Shown piece by piece: positions 10,533-19,482 of a stretch of DNA of 64,000 bases. The DNA lies in contig CAZABB010000004.1 of assembly GCA_964483625.1 (NCBI GenBank), positions 6,337-70,336 of the forward strand, written 5' to 3'. The translations under genes and the position numbers were made by a program. The notes beneath the pieces are model-generated. The model did not search any database. It saw only the letters and a program-made list of their open reading frames with translations, and was not told the origin of the DNA. Source of the stretch: an uncultured Planctomycetia bacterium (GTDB lineage Bacteria; Omnitrophota; Gorgyraeia; Duberdicusellales; 4484-171). Each line of letters opens with the position of its first letter. Position 1 is the first letter of the stretch.

Positions 10533-11825
10533 TTACAGGAACACACGTTTGTAGATTTTATCTATATTGGCAAGATATTCGTAAGGGTTAAAAATATCTT
10601 CCAGCTCTTGTTTCGAACAATACTTTTTAATACGGGGATCTTTAACGATCTCTTTCTTGAAATCCGAATTATTATTGATGACACGAAGCGAAATGCTCTG
10701 TACGATATCATAGCCTTTAATCCGCGAAACTCCCTTCTGCATCAGGGTAAGGAGCACCTTCTGGGAATAAATCAATCCACGGTTCAATTCGATATTTTTC
10801 ATCATATTGCGTGAATTAACGTTTAAATTCTTCACCAGCTCGACGCATTTGCCCAGCATATAGGTAACCGCGATCGTCGCATCGGGAATGATAACACGTT
10901 CGGCCGAAGAATGAGAAATATCACGTTCATGCCAGAGGTTGATATTTTCATAGGCCACCATCATATTCCCGCGTATCAGCCGGGCCAACCCGCTCATCCG
11001 TTCACAAATGATCGGATTCTGCTTGTGAGGCATGGCACTCGATCCTTTTTGCCCTTTATAAAACGGTTCTTTGGCCTCCCCTACTTCGGTACGATGAAGG
11101 TGGCGAATCTCGGTCGTAAACCGCTCCATAGTCGAAGCCAGAAGCGCCAGCAGCGAAAGATAATAAGCGTACCTTTCCCGCGAGACAACCTGGGTGGATA
11201 TCGGCGCCGCGCCGATGCCCAGTTTTTTACAGATATATTCCTCTATATTCGGCTCAAGATAGGCGAATGTACCGACAGCCCCGGAAATCTTTCCCGAAGC
11301 GATCCGGCCGATCGTTTCTTTCAGAAGCCGGTAACTGCGGTCGAGCTCGTCATAAAACGAAACGAATTTCAGGCCGAAACTGTAGATTTCAGCGTGTACC
11401 CCGTGGGTCCGGGCCACACATAAGGTATCTTTATACTTCAAAGCCTGTTTTTTAACCGCTTTGAGCAATTTCTCGGTAGCGGCAAGGATGATCTCCGTTG
11501 CGTCCTTCACCTGCCAGGCAAGCGTCGTATCGAGAAGATCACTTGAGGTAAGTCCCCAATGTAAATACTGGGCATCTTTACCTAAAGAGGCCGATAGATT
11601 TTTCAAAAACGCGATAATGTCATGGTGGGTAGATTTTTCGATCTCGGCGATTTTTTGCGCCGATATTTTTGCTTTTTTACGTATGCGGGCGGAAGTGCCG
11701 CGGGGAATCTTCTTTTTCTTCTCCAACGCTTCACATAGCAGGATTTCAATCTCGAGGAACCGGCGGAATTTCTCCTGATCGGTCCATATCTTACCTATCG
11801 TGGGTGGAGTATATCGTTCAATCAT
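10533..11825 (-). CDS. purB: Adenylosuccinate lyase
   Basis: MIERY start, RTHGVHAE, GSSAMPHKQNP, WHERDISHSSAER. Confidence 0.97.
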   Translation of the reverse strand: MIERYTPPTIGKIWTDQEKFRRFLEIEILLCEALEKKKKIPRGTSARIRKKAKISAQKIAEIEKSTHHDIIAFLKNLSASLGKDAQYLHWGLTSSDLLDTTLAWQVKDATEIILAATEKLLKAVKKQALKYKDTLCVARTHGVHAEIYSFGLKFVSFYDELDRSYRLLKETIGRIASGKISGAVGTFAYLEPNIEEYICKKLGIGAAPISTQVVSRERYAYYLSLLALLASTMERFTTEIRHLHRTEVGEAKEPFYKGQKGSSAMPHKQNPIICERMSGLARLIRGNMMVAYENINLWHERDISHSSAERVIIPDATIAVTYMLGKCVELVKNLNVNSRNMMKNIELNRGLIYSQKVLLTLMQKGVSRIKGYDIVQSISLRVINNNSDFKKEIVKDPRIKKYCSKQELEDIFNPYEYLANIDKIYKRVFL

Positions 11826-11835
11826 AGGAACACAT

Positions 11836-11864
11836 ATCTTATCAGATGGGCCCGAGAGCGTCAA
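11836..11864 (-). promoter_or_regulatory. Sigma70-type promoter of the pur operon (TTGACG-17-TAAGAT)
   Basis: Near-consensus hexamers with 17-bp spacer; -10 lies 10 nt before the purB ATG. Confidence 0.55.
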
Positions 11865-11897
11865 TCGATTTTGGCAAGGACGAAGCCAAAGAAAGAG

Positions 11898-12662
11898 CTA
11901 ATAATTATGGGATATTTTTGAGATCGCGCGTCGTATATGTTCGATACGATCCCGGGTGCGGGGATGGCTGCTCAAAAAAACAAACGGATGATCTCCTCCG
12001 GCTTCCTGTTCGAGTTTTTGCATTAATGATATTCCGGCCTCAGGAGTAAATCCGCCGCGGTCGGTATAGCGTACCGCAAGCGTATCGGCCAGATATTCAT
12101 CCTGCCGGGAATACCCTTTGGCTACGACATTATACACAATTCCCAACGCCCGCTGCATCGACTGAGCGTTATTACTCCCCAAGGCAAGATTCAGGATGAG
12201 ATTGACTCCCAGCGCCGCCTGCAGACGTTTCAGCGAATGACGGGCGCTGATATGACCGATCTCATGCGCCAGCACAAAGGCAAGTTCCTGCCGGTCGGTC
12301 TTATCGATCAGACCTTTGTGTACAAAAATATGGCCGCCGGGCAGGGCAAAGGCATTCATCTCCTTATTCTCGATAACGTAAAAATGATAGGAAATATCCG
12401 GACGGTCCGAAACCGAGGCGAGATTCTCCCCGATCCTCCGCACATCCCCGGCAACGGCCTCATCGACAACCAGTTTATTTTCTTTGATAATCTTTGCCGC
12501 CAGATTATTTCCCATGGCGATCTCGGTTTCCTGATCGATAAAGTAGACCTCATTACGCTGTGTCGCCGGATTATACAGCGTCACGCACGCACTTGTCAGA
12601 ACAAGCCCCAGCGCACAAACAATACGAAAAACCACGCGTATGAGTTTATTTTTAGAATCCAT
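11898..12662 (-). CDS. M48 family zinc metallopeptidase, probable lipoprotein
   Basis: NAFALPGG, HEIGH, YSRQDE..AD, FLSSHP; lipobox-like TSAC. Confidence 0.9.
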   Translation of the reverse strand: MDSKNKLIRVVFRIVCALGLVLTSACVTLYNPATQRNEVYFIDQETEIAMGNNLAAKIIKENKLVVDEAVAGDVRRIGENLASVSDRPDISYHFYVIENKEMNAFALPGGHIFVHKGLIDKTDRQELAFVLAHEIGHISARHSLKRLQAALGVNLILNLALGSNNAQSMQRALGIVYNVVAKGYSRQDEYLADTLAVRYTDRGGFTPEAGISLMQKLEQEAGGDHPFVFLSSHPRTRDRIEHIRRAISKISHNY

Positions 12663-12803
12663 ATCTTTATTCCCCGATGCACCGAAGGACGATCGTTCCC
12701 TATCGGTCACTCGGACGAAGGACGAAGCAATCGTCCAAACGAGCAACGCGAGTGGTCGCCCCAGCGAGCTGGACGAGCGGACGTCCCTCGTCTTATCGTC
12801 ATA

Positions 12804-13559
12804 CTAATGAAGCACCAGTATTTCTTCCGGCGTATTGACGATCATCTCCGGCCCGTTATACTCACGGATCCTGGCGGTCACCTCCACCGTCCTGCCCGGG
12901 TAGAAATCCACCGGATCGATATCCTGATCATAAAAATACCGCAGAGAATTGCGAAAAATAACAACCGTAAAATCCGTACGCCAGTCGGAGCCAAAATTCA
13001 GATAGACCACTTTCTCCGACTGATGGGTCTTGATAACCTTCCCTCGTACCGTACGAATGTGTCCGATCCAACGTGCCGCCTCTCCGACGCCGATAACTTC
13101 ATACGCTCCCCAGAGGCCCCGGGCATTCCGCCGGGCTTCCCGTTGCGCGGCGAGGAAGGTGTCGACATATTTAATATTCGGCGGATACGTATACAACACC
13201 GCATACCCTTGCTTCAACAATTGTTCATTCACGAAGGTATCGTCACAGAAAACGTACCCCAGAAGCCGGCCGTAGATATCTCTCGTCTCCAAATCAAACT
13301 CAACCCGTACGTATTTACCTTCAACCAGCCGGCGATTGAACTCTTTCGCCGGAAGAGCGAACCCGGCCGGTGACTCAATCCATTCATCACCGGAACGCAT
13401 CCGGATTTCGGGGGTATCCAGCCCGATATACCGGACGGTACGGCCGTTCTCAAGAAGCACGGTATCCCCGTCAATAGCTTCTGTTACCTTAATATGCGAA
13501 TAATCGGCTTCACTGCATCCGGCAAGAATACAACAGGCGAGAATCAGTTTCTTGACCAC
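12804..13559 (-). CDS. Thermonuclease (SNase) family lipoprotein with C-terminal OB-fold domain
   Basis: LAGC lipobox; IDGDT, VRYIGLDTPE, DIYGRLLGYV, GLW. Confidence 0.88.
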   Translation of the reverse strand: MVKKLILACCILAGCSEADYSHIKVTEAIDGDTVLLENGRTVRYIGLDTPEIRMRSGDEWIESPAGFALPAKEFNRRLVEGKYVRVEFDLETRDIYGRLLGYVFCDDTFVNEQLLKQGYAVLYTYPPNIKYVDTFLAAQREARRNARGLWGAYEVIGVGEAARWIGHIRTVRGKVIKTHQSEKVVYLNFGSDWRTDFTVVIFRNSLRYFYDQDIDPVDFYPGRTVEVTARIREYNGPEMIVNTPEEILVLH

Positions 13560-13579
13560 GTATGACCCGCTATTTGTTC

Positions 13580-13963
13580 TTATTCCAATTCCATTTCCAA
13601 TTCACGAATAATCCGGAAGAAGACTTTCTGCGCGTAGGAAGGCTGCGGAATAAGATATTTGCGGGCGGCAACTTTTAGACGTTGTTCCTCGACGCCCAGG
13701 CTGTCGATCTTGAGTGTCACATCGATGTCGGAATCTTTTATTTTGATCGTACCCTTTGATTCATCGGCTTCCAGAATATTGTACTCGGGAGACGTCACCG
13801 TATCCAGCGATACATCCCAGAGGGTACGGTAATCGGTACTAATGGTCCCCATCGCGTAATCGTTACTTAACATATACCCGGTAACCAGTCCCGCGCCTAA
13901 TATAAGCGGAACGCATCCGGTTACCAGCACAGCCATGATCACCAACACGCTCGAAATTTTCAT
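13580..13963 (-). CDS. Small lipoprotein (DUF3568-like)
   Basis: LVTGC lipobox plus Gly-rich hydrophobic segment; family assignment from pattern only. Confidence 0.55.
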   Translation of the reverse strand: MKISSVLVIMAVLVTGCVPLILGAGLVTGYMLSNDYAMGTISTDYRTLWDVSLDTVTSPEYNILEADESKGTIKIKDSDIDVTLKIDSLGVEEQRLKVAARKYLIPQPSYAQKVFFRIIRELEMELE

Positions 13964-14047
13964 CCTGCCTCCCCTGCTTTGTATATTTTTCCCTTCATAT
14001 CGACTGCCTTTTTTATTATATCAACCGTTTTTTTTACTGGCAAGCTG

Positions 14048-14683
14048 TTATCCGCCTTTTTCCGAAGAACCGGCCGGCAAAACGATATCTTTATCGCGCA
14101 AATCGTTTTTCAACCGTTTTAGGCTCTCAAACCGGATCGCGCAGAACCCCAGAGCGCCGGCGGCGGCAATAAGGTCCTGACGGTCGTCGATATACACGAT
14201 ATCCTCACGGGGAACGTCACAAAGATTCTGAAGCGTCTGGTATATTTTCTCCTCCGGCTTTACCGATCTTTCCCGGAAAGAAAGGACAAGCCCCCGGAAA
14301 TAATCAAAGACATACCGGTACTTCTCAAACAGATAGTGGAAATGCAGATCGCTGATATTAGAGATCATATACGCCGGGTACATCCGGCTGACTTCATAGG
14401 CAAAGCGAATCATATCCTCTTTCGGAGAAAACATCCCGCACCAGGCCTGTTCAAACGCCTGATACGTCACGCTCAGCGCAAAGCGATCGGAGAATTTCCG
14501 ATAGAATTCCCGATTGGTAATCAGGCCCTTCTCGTACTCAACGCCGAAATGTTCATAATAGATCGCCTCAAGGACCTTCTCCTGGGACAGTTTGTCTTTA
14601 CTACCCAGTTTTTCGAGCGCGATTCTGATATCAAAATCGAAAAGGACCCGACCTAAATCAAAAGCAAATACCTTTCTATTCAT
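14048..14683 (-). CDS. HAD-superfamily phosphatase
   Basis: FDLGRV, SN, KPE, YIDD motifs. Confidence 0.9.
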   Translation of the reverse strand: MNRKVFAFDLGRVLFDFDIRIALEKLGSKDKLSQEKVLEAIYYEHFGVEYEKGLITNREFYRKFSDRFALSVTYQAFEQAWCGMFSPKEDMIRFAYEVSRMYPAYMISNISDLHFHYLFEKYRYVFDYFRGLVLSFRERSVKPEEKIYQTLQNLCDVPREDIVYIDDRQDLIAAAGALGFCAIRFESLKRLKNDLRDKDIVLPAGSSEKGG

Positions 14684-14876
14684 TCTTCTTCTCCGTTATC
14701 CCGTTGGCCCGTGCTCGCGTTGCCCATTTGGGGCTTCCCGTTCTTTTCTAACGGGCTCAACGGGTAGACGGGTAAACGGGCTAATTTATATTGACTATTT
14801 TACGTGTGTCTATATGCTGTCGACCATAGACTAAAGACTGTTTTCCGTCTAATCGCTATCCGCTCACCGCTGTCCG

Positions 14877-15803
14877 CTATTTATGAAAATTACGAGCGGT
14901 TTCAATCAGGCTTTCTCGCGCGGTAAAAGGAGCATTGAACCCCAAAGAGCGTATTCTGTCAAGACAATAGCAGCGTGGCTTGAGCAAAAGAGACCGTTTA
15001 CGTTTAACGAGCGGAATCACATCCAGGGCCCGGGTGATACTGCGCGGCACTCGCCAGGGAACTCCTACCCCCAAGCCTTCACAGAGAAAACCAACTACTT
15101 CTTTATACGAAAACACATCCTCATCAGCGATGAAATACGTATCACGTAACAATTCCTCACCCTCTAGAGCATAGAGCATACCGGCGACAACGTTTTCGAC
15201 ATAAGCGACATGAAAGGCCTGATTCCCTCCATTTAAAAACGGCAGAACACGCCATCGTAGCAATTTTAATAACAGACCTAATAAATGAGGTTCGTCCTCA
15301 CCGTATACCATCGGCGGACGAAGAATGACCGCGAACAACCCTTTCTCTCGATACCCCCGTACGATCTTCTCGGCTTCTATTTTTGAAAAACCGTAGGGAT
15401 TGGTCGCTTTATACGGCATATCTTCGGTCAGAGGAACCCGATCATGACCGCTTACCACCGCCACCGAACTGGTATAGATCAGCCGGGATACGCCGCGACG
15501 CAAAGCAAATTCACAGACGTTTTCTGTCCCACGCACATTTGTATCATAAAGAACCTCCTCCGGTTTGTTATCCACGTACGCGGCGCAGTGATAGACGATA
15601 TCCAGATGAGGAAGGCGAAGATTATGCAGTGATTCCGGAGAGGTTATATCGGCGGGAAGATACCGGACCCCTGAAGGATCCTTTACGGCAGCTTTTTTGG
15701 CTTTCCGGGTAAGTCCAAAAACCGTATGTTCACCGTTGACGATGAGATGCCGTATCAGGTGGCGGCCGATAAATCCGGTCGCTCCGGTAACAAGAATATT
15801 CAT
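14877..15803 (-). CDS. NAD-dependent epimerase/dehydratase (extended SDR)
   Basis: TGATGFIG, YGFSK (YxxxK). Confidence 0.9.
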   Translation of the reverse strand: MNILVTGATGFIGRHLIRHLIVNGEHTVFGLTRKAKKAAVKDPSGVRYLPADITSPESLHNLRLPHLDIVYHCAAYVDNKPEEVLYDTNVRGTENVCEFALRRGVSRLIYTSSVAVVSGHDRVPLTEDMPYKATNPYGFSKIEAEKIVRGYREKGLFAVILRPPMVYGEDEPHLLGLLLKLLRWRVLPFLNGGNQAFHVAYVENVVAGMLYALEGEELLRDTYFIADEDVFSYKEVVGFLCEGLGVGVPWRVPRSITRALDVIPLVKRKRSLLLKPRCYCLDRIRSLGFNAPFTARESLIETARNFHK

Positions 15804-16768
15804 GACAGAGACCTGATCTTCTCCTGACGCTCGGCGAGTATCTGCTCAATCTGTTCGGTATCCCCGGCGGATATCTCCCAGCCGAGGCTTCGCGAGTTCT
15901 CTTGAAGCTGAGCGCGGGTACGCGCTCCCACCAGGACCGACGTAATCTGAGGCTGATGAGCCGTCCAGTTAATCACCAACTGGGTAAGAGATACGCAATA
16001 GTTCTGAGCCATTGCTTTAAGCCGCGTCAGAACCTCCTTATTGATCGAGAATAACGGCATGTGAAGATCCTTATGCCGCCGCCGGCAGAGATCATCGGGA
16101 ACCGGGACGTCATCAAAGAAAAATTTCCCGGTGAGAATACCCGAATGGAGCGGGATATACCCTAAAATAGCGATATTGTGCCGGGCACAAAAGGGAACAA
16201 TTTCCTCCTCAATTTCCCGCCGGAACATATTATAGGGTGGCTGCAGTGTATGTAACGGCGCGTATTTTAAAAATTCTTCCATCTGAGAAACCGAATAATT
16301 ACTCACACCAATAGCCTTGACAATCTCTTTCTGATAGAACTCATGCATCAGGGCAGCTGATTTCCCGATAGGAACATCCGGATCGGGCCAGTGTATCTGA
16401 TAGATATCGAAATAATCGGTAGAAAGACGGCGGCGTGATTCATCGAGCTCAGCACGCATGCGTTTCTCGCTTAAATCATGAATGATCCGCGGCCCGTCCC
16501 AGGTCAATCCCAGCTTTGTCGCCAGAAGCGCCTTCTCTCTCAATTTCCGTTTACGCAAAAAGTTCCCGATCACCGTCTCCGATCTTCCCCTCCCGTATAC
16601 CGGAGCGGTATCAATAAGCGTAACGCCGCCGGTCAACGCGGCATCGATCACCTCAACCGAATCATGATCGTTTTGCGCCCCCCACCAGACATCGCCGCCG
16701 AAGGCCCAGGATCCCAGGGCGATCTTTGACACGGGAAGAGGCAGTTGTTCGATACGGGAATATTCCAT
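15800..16768 (-). CDS. Aldo/keto reductase
   Basis: IDTAPVYG, ATK, DIYQIHWPD, IGVSNY. Confidence 0.93.
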   Translation of the reverse strand: MEYSRIEQLPLPVSKIALGSWAFGGDVWWGAQNDHDSVEVIDAALTGGVTLIDTAPVYGRGRSETVIGNFLRKRKLREKALLATKLGLTWDGPRIIHDLSEKRMRAELDESRRRLSTDYFDIYQIHWPDPDVPIGKSAALMHEFYQKEIVKAIGVSNYSVSQMEEFLKYAPLHTLQPPYNMFRREIEEEIVPFCARHNIAILGYIPLHSGILTGKFFFDDVPVPDDLCRRRHKDLHMPLFSINKEVLTRLKAMAQNYCVSLTQLVINWTAHQPQITSVLVGARTRAQLQENSRSLGWEISAGDTEQIEQILAERQEKIRSLS

Positions 16769-16809
16769 ATGATCAAAGATTGGTCACGGATATCGGTTAC
16801 GGTTTCCAA

Positions 16810-17080
16810 CAACAAATAGCACAAATTACTCGAATGGGTATCTCAAAATATCTTAACCACAGAGCTCACGGAGTTCACCGAGAGGATACAGAGGATATTT
16901 GGTTTCGTGCTTCTGACCCATTTAAAGCGCAGTGTTTTGCAAAGACACCCCATCGATGCTCGATGGGCGGAAACCAAATATCTCTAGTTTAAAAACTCTC
17001 ATCTTTCCTCAGTGTTCTCGGTATCCTCGGTGGTTGATGTATTCGGATACCTTTATTCGTGAATTTCGTGTTATTCGTTG
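16810..17080. repeat. Nested imperfect inverted repeats built of ~9-bp periodic units
   Basis: 16810-16835 pairs with 17055-17080 (20/26 by eye); 16855-16888 (ccacagag/cacggag/caccgag) pairs with 17006-17035. Confidence 0.7.
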
Positions 17081-17219
17081 TAAAAAGCATTTTCTTGTAC
17101 GGTTATTTTTACCGGAACGTCTGCCGTTAACCGATTGACGAAACGGGCATCCCCGATGGAACAATCGGGACACGCGTTACCGTTTACCGAATGACGAATA
17201 ATACTGTTTGGGCGTTATC

Positions 17220-18722
17220 CTAAAAATAAAGATCTCGTTCGCCGCTCTTTACCCTCCCGTAATACTCTATCAACTGAGGATAGACCTCGGGTATGACTCT
17301 TTTCGTTTCAGCCAGCTCCTGTTCAATAATCTTCTCTCCCGCGGATTTGGTCTCAGCGGAAGCGAAATCATCGAGCCATTCCCGGAAAGTAAGGATCGCG
17401 TTTAATTTACAAAATTGCCCCTCCTTACCGGTCTTTAAGAGTTCCATGATGCATTCGCCGGTCCGGCCGCAGCGATATCCCGCGGTGCAGAACGACGTGA
17501 TATACCCGTCCCGGGCGAGTTCTGCGATCACCTCATCCAGACTGCGCGTATCACCGAGTAAAAACTGCTGACGGGAACCCTCCTGCTGGCGGGAGGCGTC
17601 ACTGTAGGCTCCGATACCGATACGGGTTGAAGCATCGATCTGCGTAACCCCCAAAGGAAGTGTCTGACGGCGCATCGCGGCGGTCTCCCGCGCCGTTAAA
17701 ATCATTCCGGTATAGGGAATAGCCAGGCGTAATACCGTAATAAGTTTTTTAAAATCTTCATCACTCACTTTATATTTACTCTCAAGAGTAAACGGCGTAT
17801 GCGATGCCTCCTCCAGCCTGGGAAACGATACCGTATGCGGCCCCACCCCGCAATGAGCTTCCAGAGCCCGCGCGTGACTCACCAGGCCCATCACCTCGAA
17901 TTTCCAGTCGTATAAACCGAACAGAGCACCGATACCCACGTCATCGATTCCCGCCTCAAGGGCCCGGTGCATACAGAAAAGACGCCAGTGGTAATCTCCT
18001 TTGATCGTGCCGCGGGGATGAAGCCCGCGGTACGTATCATGATGGTATGTTTCCTGGAATACCTGATACGTCCCGATGCCGACCTCTTTCAACCGCCGTA
18101 ACGATTCAACTTCCAACGGCGGCGCGTTTACATTTACCCGGCGGATCTGTCCTGTTCCGTTTTTCGTTTTTACCACAACCTCATAAATCGCCCGGATACT
18201 ATCGACCATGTAATCGATATCGGTTGCCGGATGCTCCCCGTAGACAACGATAAGCCGTTTATGTCCGATGGTGCCTGCGAGTACCTCGATTTCCCGTTTG
18301 ATCTCATCGGGAGAAAGCATTCTGCGGCGGGCATTGAGATTATCGCTGCGGAAACCGCAATACAGACAATTGTTCACGCATAGATTAGACAGATACAGCG
18401 GCGCGAAGGTAACGATACGGTTATCATAGACTTTTTTCTTCACCCTCACCGCCGCCTCTCTCATCTGGCTGAGCAGATCGGGATCGGTTACGTTCAGAAG
18501 CGCCGCGGTTTCTTCTCCGGTCAGGGGCTGGACGGCCAATGACTTTTTTAAAATATCTCTCACGTACGCCGCCTCGGGCGATTGTTGGGCCCTCAACGCG
18601 GTAAATATTTTCTCCTCATCGATAAAATCTTTTTCCCGGTGAAGATATTTCTCTACCTGATCGCCGCGCACGCGGTTTTTTATCCAGTCGTCCATATGTT
18701 TTCTCTCATGCGCCGTTGCCAT
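17220..18722 (-). CDS. hydG: [FeFe]-hydrogenase H-cluster radical SAM maturase HydG
   Basis: FAPLYLSNLCVNNCLYCGF (CX3CX2C), FQETYH, GIDDVGIG.LFGL, GVGPHTVSFPR (dangler-Fe His), C-terminal CX5CX19C auxiliary cluster motif, G.RDLYF end. Confidence 0.93.
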   Translation of the reverse strand: MATAHERKHMDDWIKNRVRGDQVEKYLHREKDFIDEEKIFTALRAQQSPEAAYVRDILKKSLAVQPLTGEETAALLNVTDPDLLSQMREAAVRVKKKVYDNRIVTFAPLYLSNLCVNNCLYCGFRSDNLNARRRMLSPDEIKREIEVLAGTIGHKRLIVVYGEHPATDIDYMVDSIRAIYEVVVKTKNGTGQIRRVNVNAPPLEVESLRRLKEVGIGTYQVFQETYHHDTYRGLHPRGTIKGDYHWRLFCMHRALEAGIDDVGIGALFGLYDWKFEVMGLVSHARALEAHCGVGPHTVSFPRLEEASHTPFTLESKYKVSDEDFKKLITVLRLAIPYTGMILTARETAAMRRQTLPLGVTQIDASTRIGIGAYSDASRQQEGSRQQFLLGDTRSLDEVIAELARDGYITSFCTAGYRCGRTGECIMELLKTGKEGQFCKLNAILTFREWLDDFASAETKSAGEKIIEQELAETKRVIPEVYPQLIEYYGRVKSGERDLYF

Positions 18723-19380
18723 GTTTCACCTTTTTCCGGGAAGTATTATTTTTTGTCCGGGACTTCCCCGTCGCGTTAACAAAATAAATAAGGTTTTCCA
18801 GTTCCGAACGAAGATCGACATTATTAATAATCGTGTCGGCGTCGGACCGCAGACGGATCGGCGCGAAATTCAGCACACCTTTTATCCCGGCCTCAACCAG
18901 AAGATCCATTACCCGCTGCGCGGCGTTATCGGGTACGGCGATAATTCCTATCTCTACCCCGTTCTTTTTCACGTAAGGTTTCAGCTTTTCGAGACCGTAG
19001 ATCGGCACATCGACCTCATCGGGACGCCGGGAACTGTTTACATCGAAAGCCGCGACGACTTTTATCCCGTCCTGTTCGAACCCTTTATAATTGATCAATG
19101 CCTTCCCGATTTTCCCCGCTCCCACAATAATTACCCGCTGGATCCGGTCTTTGCCCAGGATATCATTCAGCCTTTCCAGCAGGGACTCTATTTGATATCC
19201 TCCTTTTTTATTACCGGAAATCCCGAATATGGAAAAATCCTTACGTACCTGAGCCGACGACACTCCCGTAGCGTCAGCCAGGTTATCGGAAAAGACCTTG
19301 ATAAACCCCAATGTTTTAAACCGCTTAAGCGCGTGGCGGTAATTGGAAAGCCGTATAATATAATTTTTATTTACCATCAT
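18706..19380 (-). CDS. rex: Redox-sensing transcriptional repressor Rex
   Basis: RLSNY, QVRKDFS..G..G...GY winged HTH, VGAGKIGKAL Rossmann fold, GVLNFAP. Confidence 0.96.
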   Translation of the reverse strand: MMVNKNYIIRLSNYRHALKRFKTLGFIKVFSDNLADATGVSSAQVRKDFSIFGISGNKKGGYQIESLLERLNDILGKDRIQRVIIVGAGKIGKALINYKGFEQDGIKVVAAFDVNSSRRPDEVDVPIYGLEKLKPYVKKNGVEIGIIAVPDNAAQRVMDLLVEAGIKGVLNFAPIRLRSDADTIINNVDLRSELENLIYFVNATGKSRTKNNTSRKKVKHGNGA

Positions 19381-19407
19381 CCTCTCTTTTTTTTCTAAAG
19401 AAAAACA

Positions 19408-19435
19408 AGTGTACCATATTTGACCGGTATGTCAA
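19408..19435 (-). promoter_or_regulatory. Sigma70 promoter of rex-hydG (TTGACA-16-TACACT, extended -10 TG)
   Basis: Perfect -35 at 19435-19430, -10 at 19413-19408. Confidence 0.7.
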
Positions 19436-19439
19436 GATT

Positions 19440-19457
19440 TTGTGACTTTTTTCACAA
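19440..19457. promoter_or_regulatory. Rex operator upstream of rex-hydG
   Basis: TTGTGACTTTTTTCACAA: one mismatch to TTGTGAA-N4-TTCACAA, 4 bp from the -35. Confidence 0.85.
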
Positions 19458-19482
19458 AATGCTGTGATACATGCCGGATCAA

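Noticed and set aside
12237-13373. 378-aa plus-strand ORF
   Set aside because: It is antisense to two well-supported genes (M48 peptidase, thermonuclease) and has no recognisable motifs; a shadow ORF.
17071-17214. Open frame after hydG containing CPDC, considered as the missing HypA zinc finger or a HypF remnant
   Set aside because: It has no ATG/GTG/TTG start or RBS, only one CxxC, and it runs into the repeat region; probably chance.
17220-18722. Annotating the radical SAM gene as thiH (thiazole synthesis)
   Set aside because: It has the C-terminal auxiliary-cluster cysteine motif and the GPH histidine typical of HydG, is 500 aa long, and has no thi genes nearby.
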